DNA from: a virus | Virus record (IMG/VR): IMGVR_UViG_3300020473_000015 | Length of the DNA: 64,000 nucleotides | Direction: 5' to 3' (one strand) | Shown here: positions 37,669 through 45,020 of the stretch, one piece after another | Position numbering within the stretch: position 1 is the stretch's first letter | How the letters are laid out: every line of letters begins with the position of its first letter | Notes under the pieces: generated by a model | The model's database searches: none | The model's input: the letters and a program-made list of their open reading frames with translations, nothing else | What the model was told of the DNA's origin: nothing | Program-made: the position numbers and the translations under genes

Positions 37669-38637
37669 ATGAAAAGAATAATGATTATTGATGCGCTCAA
37701 TCAATTCTTGAGAGCGTATATTGTTAATCCAGCCTTGTCTACAAATGGAGATCCCATTGGTGGAACTGCTGGATTTCTTAAAATTTTACAGAAACTTTGT
37801 AGAGAAATTAAACCTGATAGAGTTGTTATTTGTTGGGACGGTAAAGGCGGCAGCGCAAGACGCAAAATTGTTAATAAAAATTATAAAGAAGGGAGAAAGC
37901 CGCTAAGACTTAATCGTGACGTCAAAAACCTTACAGAAGAAGAGGAACTTCAGAATAAGGTTTGGCAACAAATACGTTTAGTGGAATATTTAAATAATTT
38001 TCCAGTAACACAATTGGTTTCAGATGGCTCAGAAGCAGATGATGTAATTTCTTTTGTAGCTCAACTTCCTGATTTTGAAGATTGGCAGAAAGTAATTGTT
38101 TCAAGCGATAAGGATTTCTTTCAACTACTTGACGACAAAACGGTTGCATATAGGCCCACACAAAAAGAGGTTCTAAACAAAAATGACATTGTTGAAAAGT
38201 TTGGTATCCATCCAACTAATTTTGCACTAGCAAGAGCGATTGTCGGAGACAAGAGTGATAATCTAGACGGAATTAAGGGGATCGGTTTACCAACCATTGC
38301 AAAGCGTTTGCCATTCCTGTCGGAAGAAAAGACATACACCATTAATGAAGTTGCAGAATTTTGTGAAAACGCCAATTCTACTTTAAAGGCTTATCAAAAT
38401 ATTGTTGAGGGCCAAGATGTAATAAAAGAAAACTACCAGTTAATGCAGTTGTATGCTCCAAGCATTTCTGTGCAGAATAAAACTAAGATCAAGCATATCA
38501 TTAGAGATACTGATTTGACCTTTAATAAAACTGCAACAAATGGTATGATGCTTGAAGATGGAATTGGCAAAACAAATTGGAATGACCTTTATACATCTTT
38601 TAGAAAAATTGTGGTAGGCGGCAAAAAAGAAACTTAA
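37669..38637 (+). CDS. 5'-3' exonuclease/flap endonuclease (T4 RNase H, Pol I N-terminal-like)
   Basis: IIDALNQFLRAY, CWDGKGG, YKEGR, SEADDVI, SSDKDFFQL, GDKSDNLDGIKGIG. Confidence 0.92.
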   Translation: MKRIMIIDALNQFLRAYIVNPALSTNGDPIGGTAGFLKILQKLCREIKPDRVVICWDGKGGSARRKIVNKNYKEGRKPLRLNRDVKNLTEEEELQNKVWQQIRLVEYLNNFPVTQLVSDGSEADDVISFVAQLPDFEDWQKVIVSSDKDFFQLLDDKTVAYRPTQKEVLNKNDIVEKFGIHPTNFALARAIVGDKSDNLDGIKGIGLPTIAKRLPFLSEEKTYTINEVAEFCENANSTLKAYQNIVEGQDVIKENYQLMQLYAPSISVQNKTKIKHIIRDTDLTFNKTATNGMMLEDGIGKTNWNDLYTSFRKIVVGGKKET

Positions 38638-38642
38638 CATAT

Positions 38643-38716
38643 GCCCTCGTAGCTCAGTTGGATAGAGCATCGGACTTCTAATCCGAGGGTCGCAGGTTCG
38701 AATCCTGCCGAGGGTA
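38643..38716 (+). tRNA. tRNA-Arg(UCU), no encoded CCA
   Basis: acceptor GCCCTCG/CGAGGGT, anticodon arm TCGGA-CT TCT AA-TCCGA, T loop TTCGAAT. Confidence 0.95.
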
Positions 38717-38734
38717 CTGTTCAAGGAGATAAAA

Positions 38735-38986
38735 GTGATTTTTAAAATAAAAGTTTTTTTGATTTTGTTGGCTCTTGCTGGATGTACAGTTCACTTCGAA
38801 GAAGAGTACATTCCATGTGGATATGACGAAACGCCTTATTATAACGATCCTGATGAATGTGTTGGCCCATGTTGTATCTGGCATGCAGAGGATATTTATT
38901 ATTACAGTGAGTGTGCAGAAGTTTGGTGTTATGAAGAAAATGCATGCGCATGGCAACTGTACGAATATTCTTGCTATGCAATTTAA
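38735..38986 (+). CDS. small Cys/Tyr-rich lipoprotein
   Basis: signal peptide with lipobox LAGC; 8 further Cys; SD AAGGAG, GTG start. Confidence 0.65.
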   Translation: MIFKIKVFLILLALAGCTVHFEEEYIPCGYDETPYYNDPDECVGPCCIWHAEDIYYYSECAEVWCYEENACAWQLYEYSCYAI

Positions 38987-38988
38987 AC

Positions 38989-39017
38989 TTGACAATTAAC
39001 GAATGCTTTGGTAATAT
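38989..39017 (+). promoter_or_regulatory. sigma70-type promoter TTGACA-N17-TAATAT
   Basis: read directly; 6 nt before ATG 39024. Confidence 0.65.
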
Positions 39018-39023
39018 AAATTT

Positions 39024-39539
39024 ATGAATATATTTGCTATTGAAGGAACTGGTAATAATATTGATTGGGTTAAATCCGCTCAGTCACAAGATAATTATCG
39101 TGTAGTTAAGATGATTTTGGAATCTTGCCAGATGTTGTGCACAGTGCTCAATGAACAGGCAGGAGAACAAATTACACCTTATCGCTCTACACACAAACAT
39201 CATCCATCTACCAAGTGGGTTTGTAACTCATCAGCTAACTTTGAGGCTCTTGTTGAGCACACAATGGCGATGCTAGAAGAGTACACAGAGCGCTTTGGTA
39301 AAATACATAAATGTTTGTATGTGTTGGAAAAGTGTATGGATTTGTATGATCCGTCTCTTTTTCCCTCTAGCGAGCCAACACGATTGCCGTTAGCGATGCC
39401 TTATGAATTTCATTCTGACAATATTGTCGAATCTTATCGCAAATTTTATGCTTCAAAGCCGAGAATGCGCTATCCGAAAAATAAAATTCCGCAATGGTTT
39501 GTAAATTATCGCGGCGATAAAAAATACGATATTGTTTAA
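39024..39539 (+). CDS. pyrimidine dimer DNA glycosylase/endonuclease V-like protein
   Basis: MNIF..KMILESCQML..THKHHPSTKW..FGKIHK..PLAMP..VESYRKFY. Confidence 0.75.
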   Translation: MNIFAIEGTGNNIDWVKSAQSQDNYRVVKMILESCQMLCTVLNEQAGEQITPYRSTHKHHPSTKWVCNSSANFEALVEHTMAMLEEYTERFGKIHKCLYVLEKCMDLYDPSLFPSSEPTRLPLAMPYEFHSDNIVESYRKFYASKPRMRYPKNKIPQWFVNYRGDKKYDIV

Positions 39540-39545
39540 AAAGTC

Positions 39546-39574
39546 TTGACAATTATAAAAATTTAAGATAGAAT
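39546..39574 (+). promoter_or_regulatory. sigma70-type promoter TTGACA-N17-TAGAAT for the tRNA cluster
   Basis: read directly; 14 nt before tRNA-Leu. Confidence 0.75.
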
Positions 39575-39588
39575 GATTAAAATAAATT

Positions 39589-39672
39589 GGCCGAGTGGTG
39601 GAATGGTAGACACAACGGACTTAAAATCCGTTATCCGCAACGGGTGTGAGGGTTCGAATCCCTCTTCGGCTA
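39589..39672 (+). tRNA. tRNA-Leu(UAA), long variable arm, no encoded CCA
   Basis: acceptor GGCCGAG/TTCGGCT, anticodon arm ACGGA-CT TAA AA-TCCGT, T arm GAGGG-TTCGAAT-CCCTC. Confidence 0.93.
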
Positions 39673-39677
39673 CATAT

Positions 39678-39867
39678 ACCAGGGTAGCTCAGGTGGTCAG
39701 AGCGCCGTTAGTAGGAAGCCAAAGGTCCACACACGGAATCGCGTTGCAAGCGCACGGGGAATCGCCCCCACCGTAATTAGTGGCGATTGGGTCTGAGGTG
39801 GAAACACCCATGCAAGGTGGATCTATGTACGAAGCGGAGGTCGTTGGTTCAAATCCAACCCCTGGTA
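39678..39867 (+). ncRNA. tRNA-like RNA with a 123-nt structured domain in place of the 7-nt anticodon loop
   Basis: acceptor ACCAGGG/CCCTGGT+A, D arm GCTC-AGGTGGTCA-GAGC, stem CCGTT/AGCGG, variable AGGTC, T arm GTTGG-TTCAAAT-CCAAC; 39710-39832 sits where the loop should be. Confidence 0.8.
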
Positions 39868-39889
39868 CTTTTTAATTAAGGAGGATTAA

Positions 39890-40027
39890 ATGGAATTTTA
39901 TATTATTGCTTTGTTTGGTTGCGTCGGCGTTATTGGGTATGCATATCATATGATAAAGATGCAAAAAGAAATTGAAGTCTTAAATGATAGAATGGACGCT
40001 GAAATGCGAAGGTTCGAAGAAGAGTAA
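39890..40027 (+). CDS. 45-aa single-pass membrane protein (not in ORF track)
   Basis: perfect SD AAGGAGG; MEFYIIALFGCVGVIGYAYHMIKMQKEIEVLNDRMDAEMRRFEEE. Confidence 0.7.
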   Translation: MEFYIIALFGCVGVIGYAYHMIKMQKEIEVLNDRMDAEMRRFEEE

Positions 40028-40033
40028 ACAACT

Positions 40034-40106
40034 ACTCCCGTAGCTCAGTTGGTAGAGCAGGCGGCTCATAACCGCTCGGTCGTAGGTTCGAGTCCTACCG
40101 GGAGTA
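40034..40106 (+). tRNA. tRNA with CAU anticodon (Ile2 more likely than Met), no encoded CCA
   Basis: ACTCCCG/CGGGAGT, GGCGG-CT CAT AA-CCGCT; lacks initiator features (no 1:72 mismatch, no three G:C pairs in the anticodon stem); arm resembles bacterial Ile2. Confidence 0.9.
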
Positions 40107-40126
40107 CTTTAACTAGGGGGCAACAA

Positions 40127-40567
40127 ATGAAAGTTGGCGATTGTTGGGAGTGCAATGCGACGTCAGTCGAAATTCACCATCATCATCCAGTGCCTCGTTC
40201 TCGCGGCGGCACCAAAACCGTTCCGCTGTGTTTAGAATGTCACGCAAAGGCACATCATCGCAAAAAACGGATGGCTTCGTCTATATTGACGAAAGAGGGC
40301 CTTGCACGCGCCAAGAAACGCGGTGTTGCACTTGGCAACCCTAAAATTACTGAGGTTGGAGAAAAAGGACGAAACACGCAAAAGAAACAGGCCGTAGCTT
40401 ATGCAAACAAAATTGAACCAATGCTAAGAAATCTTCGTAAACAAGGAATGTCTTTCGCCAGCATTGCAAAAACATTCAATGAAACCGGCATTAGCACTCG
40501 TCGTGGTGGTAAATGGCACGCAAGTACTGTCAGAAACTACTTCAATAAATTAGAGAGAAGTGCATGA
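40127..40567 (+). CDS. HNH-like nuclease fused to a serine-recombinase C-terminal DNA-binding region
   Basis: CWEC..IHHHHPVPRSRGG..LCLECHAKAH, then ILTKEGLARAKKRGVALGNP..GMSFASIAKTFNETGISTRRGGKWHASTVRN. Confidence 0.7.
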   Translation: MKVGDCWECNATSVEIHHHHPVPRSRGGTKTVPLCLECHAKAHHRKKRMASSILTKEGLARAKKRGVALGNPKITEVGEKGRNTQKKQAVAYANKIEPMLRNLRKQGMSFASIAKTFNETGISTRRGGKWHASTVRNYFNKLERSA

Positions 40568-40791
40568 AAAAAAGAATTCACGTCAATCAACATATAATTC
40601 GTCGCAACCACAAGACAGGAGAAAGAGAACCAGTGTTGACAGTTAAGACGTACAAATCAAATGATTATTGCCACGAGGTGGTAATTAACGGTCCTTGTAA
40701 GGTTATATACTCTCCAGACAAACCATTATCTTGTGGGGCAAGAGTTTGGATAGAAACAGAAGCAGATTTGGTTTTAAAGGAAAACACATGA
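40564..40791 (+). CDS. conserved phage hypothetical protein
   Basis: RIHVNQHIIR..VLTVKT..GPCKVIYSPDKPLSCGARVWIET. Confidence 0.65.
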   Translation: MKKRIHVNQHIIRRNHKTGEREPVLTVKTYKSNDYCHEVVINGPCKVIYSPDKPLSCGARVWIETEADLVLKENT

Positions 40792-41129
40792 AAACATTAA
40801 TAGGAATTCTATTTTTCACTCTAGGTAATATAATAGCGTGGTTTCAGTTTAATTCACAGTTTGTTTGGGATTGGTGGAAAGATAAGCCAATGTTGTCAAA
40901 TTTCATTTTTGCCATTCCAATGGGTTTGTGTTTCTGGTATGCCATTAAATATATAGTGGAAGATACAGGTCTTTTATGGACTTCAAAGCTGATTGGTTTT
41001 GGGGTTTCTAATGTTATTTTCGCGGTGCTAACGTATTTTCTTTTGAAAGAGAGCATATTGGTCCCAAAGACTTTAGTTTGTCTTTTTTTGTCTGTCCTCA
41101 TCATTGGAATACAAGTAGTATGGAAATAA
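40788..41129 (+). CDS. four-TM small membrane protein (SMR/DMT-like)
   Basis: 113 aa with four hydrophobic segments; ATGA overlap with the previous gene. Confidence 0.6.
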   Translation: MKTLIGILFFTLGNIIAWFQFNSQFVWDWWKDKPMLSNFIFAIPMGLCFWYAIKYIVEDTGLLWTSKLIGFGVSNVIFAVLTYFLLKESILVPKTLVCLFLSVLIIGIQVVWK

Positions 41130-41144
41130 ATAATAACTTTACTC

Positions 41145-41174
41145 TTGACAAACGTGCAATAAACGTGATAGAGT
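41145..41174 (+). promoter_or_regulatory. probable sigma70-type promoter TTGACA-N18-TAGAGT
   Basis: read directly; upstream of the helicase; weaker -10. Confidence 0.5.
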
Positions 41175-41195
41175 TATCACTCGGAGGTCGCAACA

Positions 41196-42563
41196 TTGAA
41201 TTATAGCGAACAAGAAGATTTCTCTCAATTTGGAAAGTCTTTCCAAGAAAATATGTGCCAAATGATTTTTGAAAGCAGAGGCTTTGCAGATCAAATGAAG
41301 GAGGTGCTAAACATTAATTTCCTAGAGTTTAAATACTTGCAAGTGTTTGTGCGATTGATTTTCAATTATAAAGAAAAATACTCAAGACAGCCATCTGAAT
41401 CTATAATGACAACGATTCTGAGAACAGAAATAGCAAATGAGAATGAGCTAATAACGAAGCAAATTCGTGACTTCTTTGCGCGCATGTCAAAGACCGAGGT
41501 GCAGGACGAAGAATATATTAAAGACACGGCTGTGGACTTTTGTAAAAAACAAGTTTTAAAAGAGGCAATATTAAAGTCAGTACCACTACTTAAGAAATCT
41601 TCTTTTAATGATATTCAGACGCTCATTAACAATGCTATGAAGCTTGGGAATGATAACGACGATGGATATTATTATATTGAAGATTTTGAAAAAAGGTTTG
41701 AAATTAAGGCTAGAGATCCTATCACCACAGGATGGAAAGTTGTTGATGGCTTGACTAAGGGAGGCATTGGAAATGGAGAACTTGGCGTGGTTATTGCGCC
41801 GACAGGCGCAGGAAAATCAATGGCCTTGGTGCATTTGGGCGCCCAAGCCGTTAAAGAAGGAAAAACAGTAGTTCATTACACTTTAGAGTTGGCAGATACA
41901 ATTGTTGCCTCTCGCTATGATAGTTGTATTACTGGGATTCCACTACAAGAACTTTTCAATAAAAAAGAGGAAATTTATGATGAAATTAAAGATATTCCAG
42001 GAAAATTAATTGTTAAAGAATATCCAACTAAATCTGCTAGAGTGGAAACACTTCGTAATCATTTAGAGAAGTTACAACAACAGGAAATTTCGGTTGATAT
42101 GATTATTGTAGATTATGGAGATTTATTACGCTCAAATTCTAAAAATGATGAGAAAAGACACCAGTTAGAATCTATTTATGAAGAGTTAAGAGGTTTGGCT
42201 CAAGAGAATTCATGTCCGATATGGACAGCATCGCAGACGAATCGATCTGGTTTAAATGCTGAAGTTATAACAATGGAGGCCATATCAGAAGCTTTTAACA
42301 AGTGTTTTGTAGCAGATTTCATTTTCTCTATCTCTAGGACTATTCAACATAAAAATAGCAATGGAGGAAGAATTTTTATTGCTAAAAATAGGAATGGACC
42401 GGATGGCTTGGTGTATCCTATATTTATGGATACCGCTAATGTTAAGATTGATGTACTTCCGCAGATTGAGACATTTGATGAAATCAAAAAAAGCGAAGTT
42501 AAAAAACAAGAGCAGAGTTTGCAAGAGAAATATAAAAATTATAGAAAAAAGAGGGGAAATTAA
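41196..42563 (+). CDS. dnaB: replicative DNA helicase (DnaB/T4 gp41-like)
   Basis: Walker A APTGAGKS, YTLEL, IIVDYGDLL, WTASQTNR, IAKNRNGPDG; TTG start after GGAGG. Confidence 0.9.
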   Translation: MNYSEQEDFSQFGKSFQENMCQMIFESRGFADQMKEVLNINFLEFKYLQVFVRLIFNYKEKYSRQPSESIMTTILRTEIANENELITKQIRDFFARMSKTEVQDEEYIKDTAVDFCKKQVLKEAILKSVPLLKKSSFNDIQTLINNAMKLGNDNDDGYYYIEDFEKRFEIKARDPITTGWKVVDGLTKGGIGNGELGVVIAPTGAGKSMALVHLGAQAVKEGKTVVHYTLELADTIVASRYDSCITGIPLQELFNKKEEIYDEIKDIPGKLIVKEYPTKSARVETLRNHLEKLQQQEISVDMIIVDYGDLLRSNSKNDEKRHQLESIYEELRGLAQENSCPIWTASQTNRSGLNAEVITMEAISEAFNKCFVADFIFSISRTIQHKNSNGGRIFIAKNRNGPDGLVYPIFMDTANVKIDVLPQIETFDEIKKSEVKKQEQSLQEKYKNYRKKRGN

Positions 42564-44423
42564 ATGACAGATATAGCAAGACAGATTCTTTCAGACATCA
42601 CAGTACACATGAAATATGCACGGTATCTTCCTGAAGAACAACGAAGAGAAACTTGGGAAGAATTAGTAGATAGAAATAAAAAAATGCATGTAAAGAAATT
42701 CCCTCATATTAAGGAAGAGATTAATGAGGCTTATAAATATGTGTATGCCAAGAAAGTTCTGCCTTCTATGAGGTCCATGCAATTTGGAGGTAAACCAATT
42801 GAGGTCGCCCCAAATCGAGTTTTTAATTGCGCTTTTTTGCCAATTGATGACTGGCGCTCCTTTAGTGAAGTTATGTTTTTGCTTTTGGGTGGAACTGGCG
42901 TGGGATATAGTATTCAGGCGCATCATGTGGAAAGTCTACCGGAAATTCAAACCCCCTCTACTAAGCGCTCTCGGAGACATTTAATTGGCGATTCTATTGA
43001 AGGGTGGGCAGATGCAGTTAAAGTACTGATGAAAAGTTATTTCTACGGTGGTTCAAAAATTCGCTTTGACTACAGCGATATACGACCGAAAGGTGCGAGG
43101 CTTTTAACTTCTGGCGGGAAAGCTCCAGGTCCACAACCTTTGCGAGAGTGCTTAGTTAAATTAGAGGGCCTTTTATGTCAGAAAGAGACTGGTGATAAAT
43201 TAACTCCTATCGAAGTACATGATATTATTTGCCATATTGCTGATGCCGTCTTGGCTGGTGGAATTCGAAGAGCGGCACTAATTGCTCTCTTTAGTGCAGA
43301 TGATGATGAAATGATTGCTGCTAAAAGTGGCTATTGGTGGGAGAAAAACCCACAGAGAGGGCGAGCCAATAATTCGGTGGTCCTAATGCGCCATAGAATT
43401 ACAGAAGAATATTTTCAGGATTTGTGGGAGAGAGTTAAAGCTAGTGGCGCAGGAGAACCAGGGTTTTATTTCACAAATGATAAAGATTGGGGCACAAACC
43501 CTTGTTGTGAAATTGCATTGAGACCATATCAATTTTGTAACCTAACTGAAATAAATGCATCTGATGTGGAGACTCAAGAGGAATATGAGGCAAGAGCAAG
43601 AGCAGCAACATTAATCGGTACGCTACAAGCTAGTTACACTGACTTTCACTATCTCAGAGATGTGTGGAGAAGAAATACAGAAAAAGATGCACTCATTGGT
43701 GTATCTATGACAGGGATTGGTTCTGGAAAAGTACTTAAACTTGATATGAAGGCGGCAGCAAAGGCAGTAAAAGAAGAAAACAAAAGAGTTGCAGCGTTAA
43801 TTGACATTAAGCCAGCAGCGAGAACAACTTGTGTAAAGCCAGCCGGTACAACAAGTTTAACCTTGGGTACATCTAGCGGCATTCATGCGTGGCATAACGA
43901 TTATTATATCCGTCGTTTGCGCGTTGGTAAAAATGAGGCAATTTACACTCACTTATCGATATATCACCCAGAATTAATTGAAGATGAATATTTTAGACCA
44001 CATGATACAGCAGTAATTAGTGTGCCTCAAAATGCTCCAGAAGATTCAATTCTTCGTCATGAAACTCCTTTAAAACTCTTACGTCGAGTTAAGAAGGTTA
44101 GCAAAGAATGGATTAGGCCCGGACACAGTAGAGGACAAAACACACATAACGTTTCTGCCACAATAAGTATTAAGGAAAAAGACTGGGAAACTGTTGGAAA
44201 GTGGATGTGGGATAATCGTGACTATTATAATGGTCTAAGCGTGCTTCCTTATGATGGTGGCACATACAAGCAAGCCCCCTTTGAAGATTGCACAGAGGAA
44301 GAATATAATAGTTTAATTAAAACTCTAAAAGGGGTTGACTTAAAGAACGTTATCGAGTATGATGATAATACTGATCTCACTGGCGAACTAGCGTGCGCCG
44401 GTGGAGCATGTGAAATTAAATAG
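42564..44423 (+). CDS. nrdJ: class II (adenosylcobalamin-dependent) ribonucleotide reductase
   Basis: FNCAF, TNPCCEIAL, FCNLTE, TCVKPAGT, C-terminal CAGGACEI; no intein-size insertion. Confidence 0.92.
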   Translation: MTDIARQILSDITVHMKYARYLPEEQRRETWEELVDRNKKMHVKKFPHIKEEINEAYKYVYAKKVLPSMRSMQFGGKPIEVAPNRVFNCAFLPIDDWRSFSEVMFLLLGGTGVGYSIQAHHVESLPEIQTPSTKRSRRHLIGDSIEGWADAVKVLMKSYFYGGSKIRFDYSDIRPKGARLLTSGGKAPGPQPLRECLVKLEGLLCQKETGDKLTPIEVHDIICHIADAVLAGGIRRAALIALFSADDDEMIAAKSGYWWEKNPQRGRANNSVVLMRHRITEEYFQDLWERVKASGAGEPGFYFTNDKDWGTNPCCEIALRPYQFCNLTEINASDVETQEEYEARARAATLIGTLQASYTDFHYLRDVWRRNTEKDALIGVSMTGIGSGKVLKLDMKAAAKAVKEENKRVAALIDIKPAARTTCVKPAGTTSLTLGTSSGIHAWHNDYYIRRLRVGKNEAIYTHLSIYHPELIEDEYFRPHDTAVISVPQNAPEDSILRHETPLKLLRRVKKVSKEWIRPGHSRGQNTHNVSATISIKEKDWETVGKWMWDNRDYYNGLSVLPYDGGTYKQAPFEDCTEEEYNSLIKTLKGVDLKNVIEYDDNTDLTGELACAGGACEIK

Positions 44424-44432
44424 GAGGAAAAC

Positions 44433-44723
44433 ATGAGCAGTAGTTTAAAGCTAGTTGATGAAAACTTGAATGAGGAAGAGGCCAAAGAACAATACGTTGT
44501 TAATTACCTTAAATCAATGTTGGCTATTGAAGAGGCAATGGAACCATATAAGGAACAAAAGAAGGAATTGAGAAAAGAGTTCATTGAAAATGGCTGGCTC
44601 TCTAAGGATGATATTTGGGCAGCGGTCAAAGCATTTCGACTTTATGAAAAGGGTGCCGATATGGATGACTTAAATGATATGTTTGACGCCATTGAGCGCA
44701 AGTTTGGAGCTAAGGATGCTTAA
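44433..44723 (+). CDS. small protein resembling the DsbA/GapR (DUF2312) dsDNA-binding family
   Basis: YLKSMLAIEEAMEPYKEQKKELRKEF..G.LSK..I.AAVKAFRL pattern. Confidence 0.4.
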   Translation: MSSSLKLVDENLNEEEAKEQYVVNYLKSMLAIEEAMEPYKEQKKELRKEFIENGWLSKDDIWAAVKAFRLYEKGADMDDLNDMFDAIERKFGAKDA

Positions 44724-44997
44724 GCCAGTTAATCGATATATTTTGATAGAAAAGGTGGAAGCTAAAGAGGAAAAAGAAGACTCTTTAGTTTTGGTGCCTG
44801 ATGAGTATAAATTAGCTAAAAAATCTTTGCATGGGGTGTATAATGTTATAGACGCAGCGGAGGATTGCGAAAAAGTTTTAGACTGCAAGAATAAAGAAAT
44901 TGTTGTGGATGAAACTATGGTACAAGAAATAGTATTAAGCAATAAAACTTACTATTTAGTACTAGAAAACTATGTCTATGGAGTTCATATGACGTAG
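44716..44997 (+). CDS. groES: GroES/Cpn10-like co-chaperonin
   Basis: LKPVNRYILIEKVE..SLVLVPD..G..VI..EIV..KTYYLVLENYVYGV aligns with the GroES fold. Confidence 0.65.
   Translation: MLKPVNRYILIEKVEAKEEKEDSLVLVPDEYKLAKKSLHGVYNVIDAAEDCEKVLDCKNKEIVVDETMVQEIVLSNKTYYLVLENYVYGVHMT
44951..44959 (+). promoter_or_regulatory. putative late promoter ACTATTTAG inside groES
   Basis: motif variant 61 nt before ATG 45021. Confidence 0.35.
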
Positions 44998-45020
44998 TAC
45001 AACAAGCGAGGTACATATGA

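Noticed and set aside
39573-39776. 67-aa ORF in the ORF track spanning tRNA-Leu and the tRNA-like RNA
   Set aside because: Overlaps two structured RNAs, begins inside the -10 box, has no SD and no protein-like features
39678-39867. Reading the tRNA-like RNA as tmRNA, a group I/II intron, a BHB intron or a hammerhead/HDV ribozyme
   Set aside because: It has a full D stem and no G3:U70 or tag ORF; it is too short and lacks P7 or domain V motifs; no 4-bp helix with two 3-nt bulges at 37/38; CTGAG..GAAA does not match CUGAnGA. These checks were by eye only, so a covariance search is still needed
40049-40126. N-terminal extension of the HNH ORF (MVEQAAHNRS...)
   Set aside because: It is the translation of tRNA-CAU; the real start is ATG 40127 after AGGGGG
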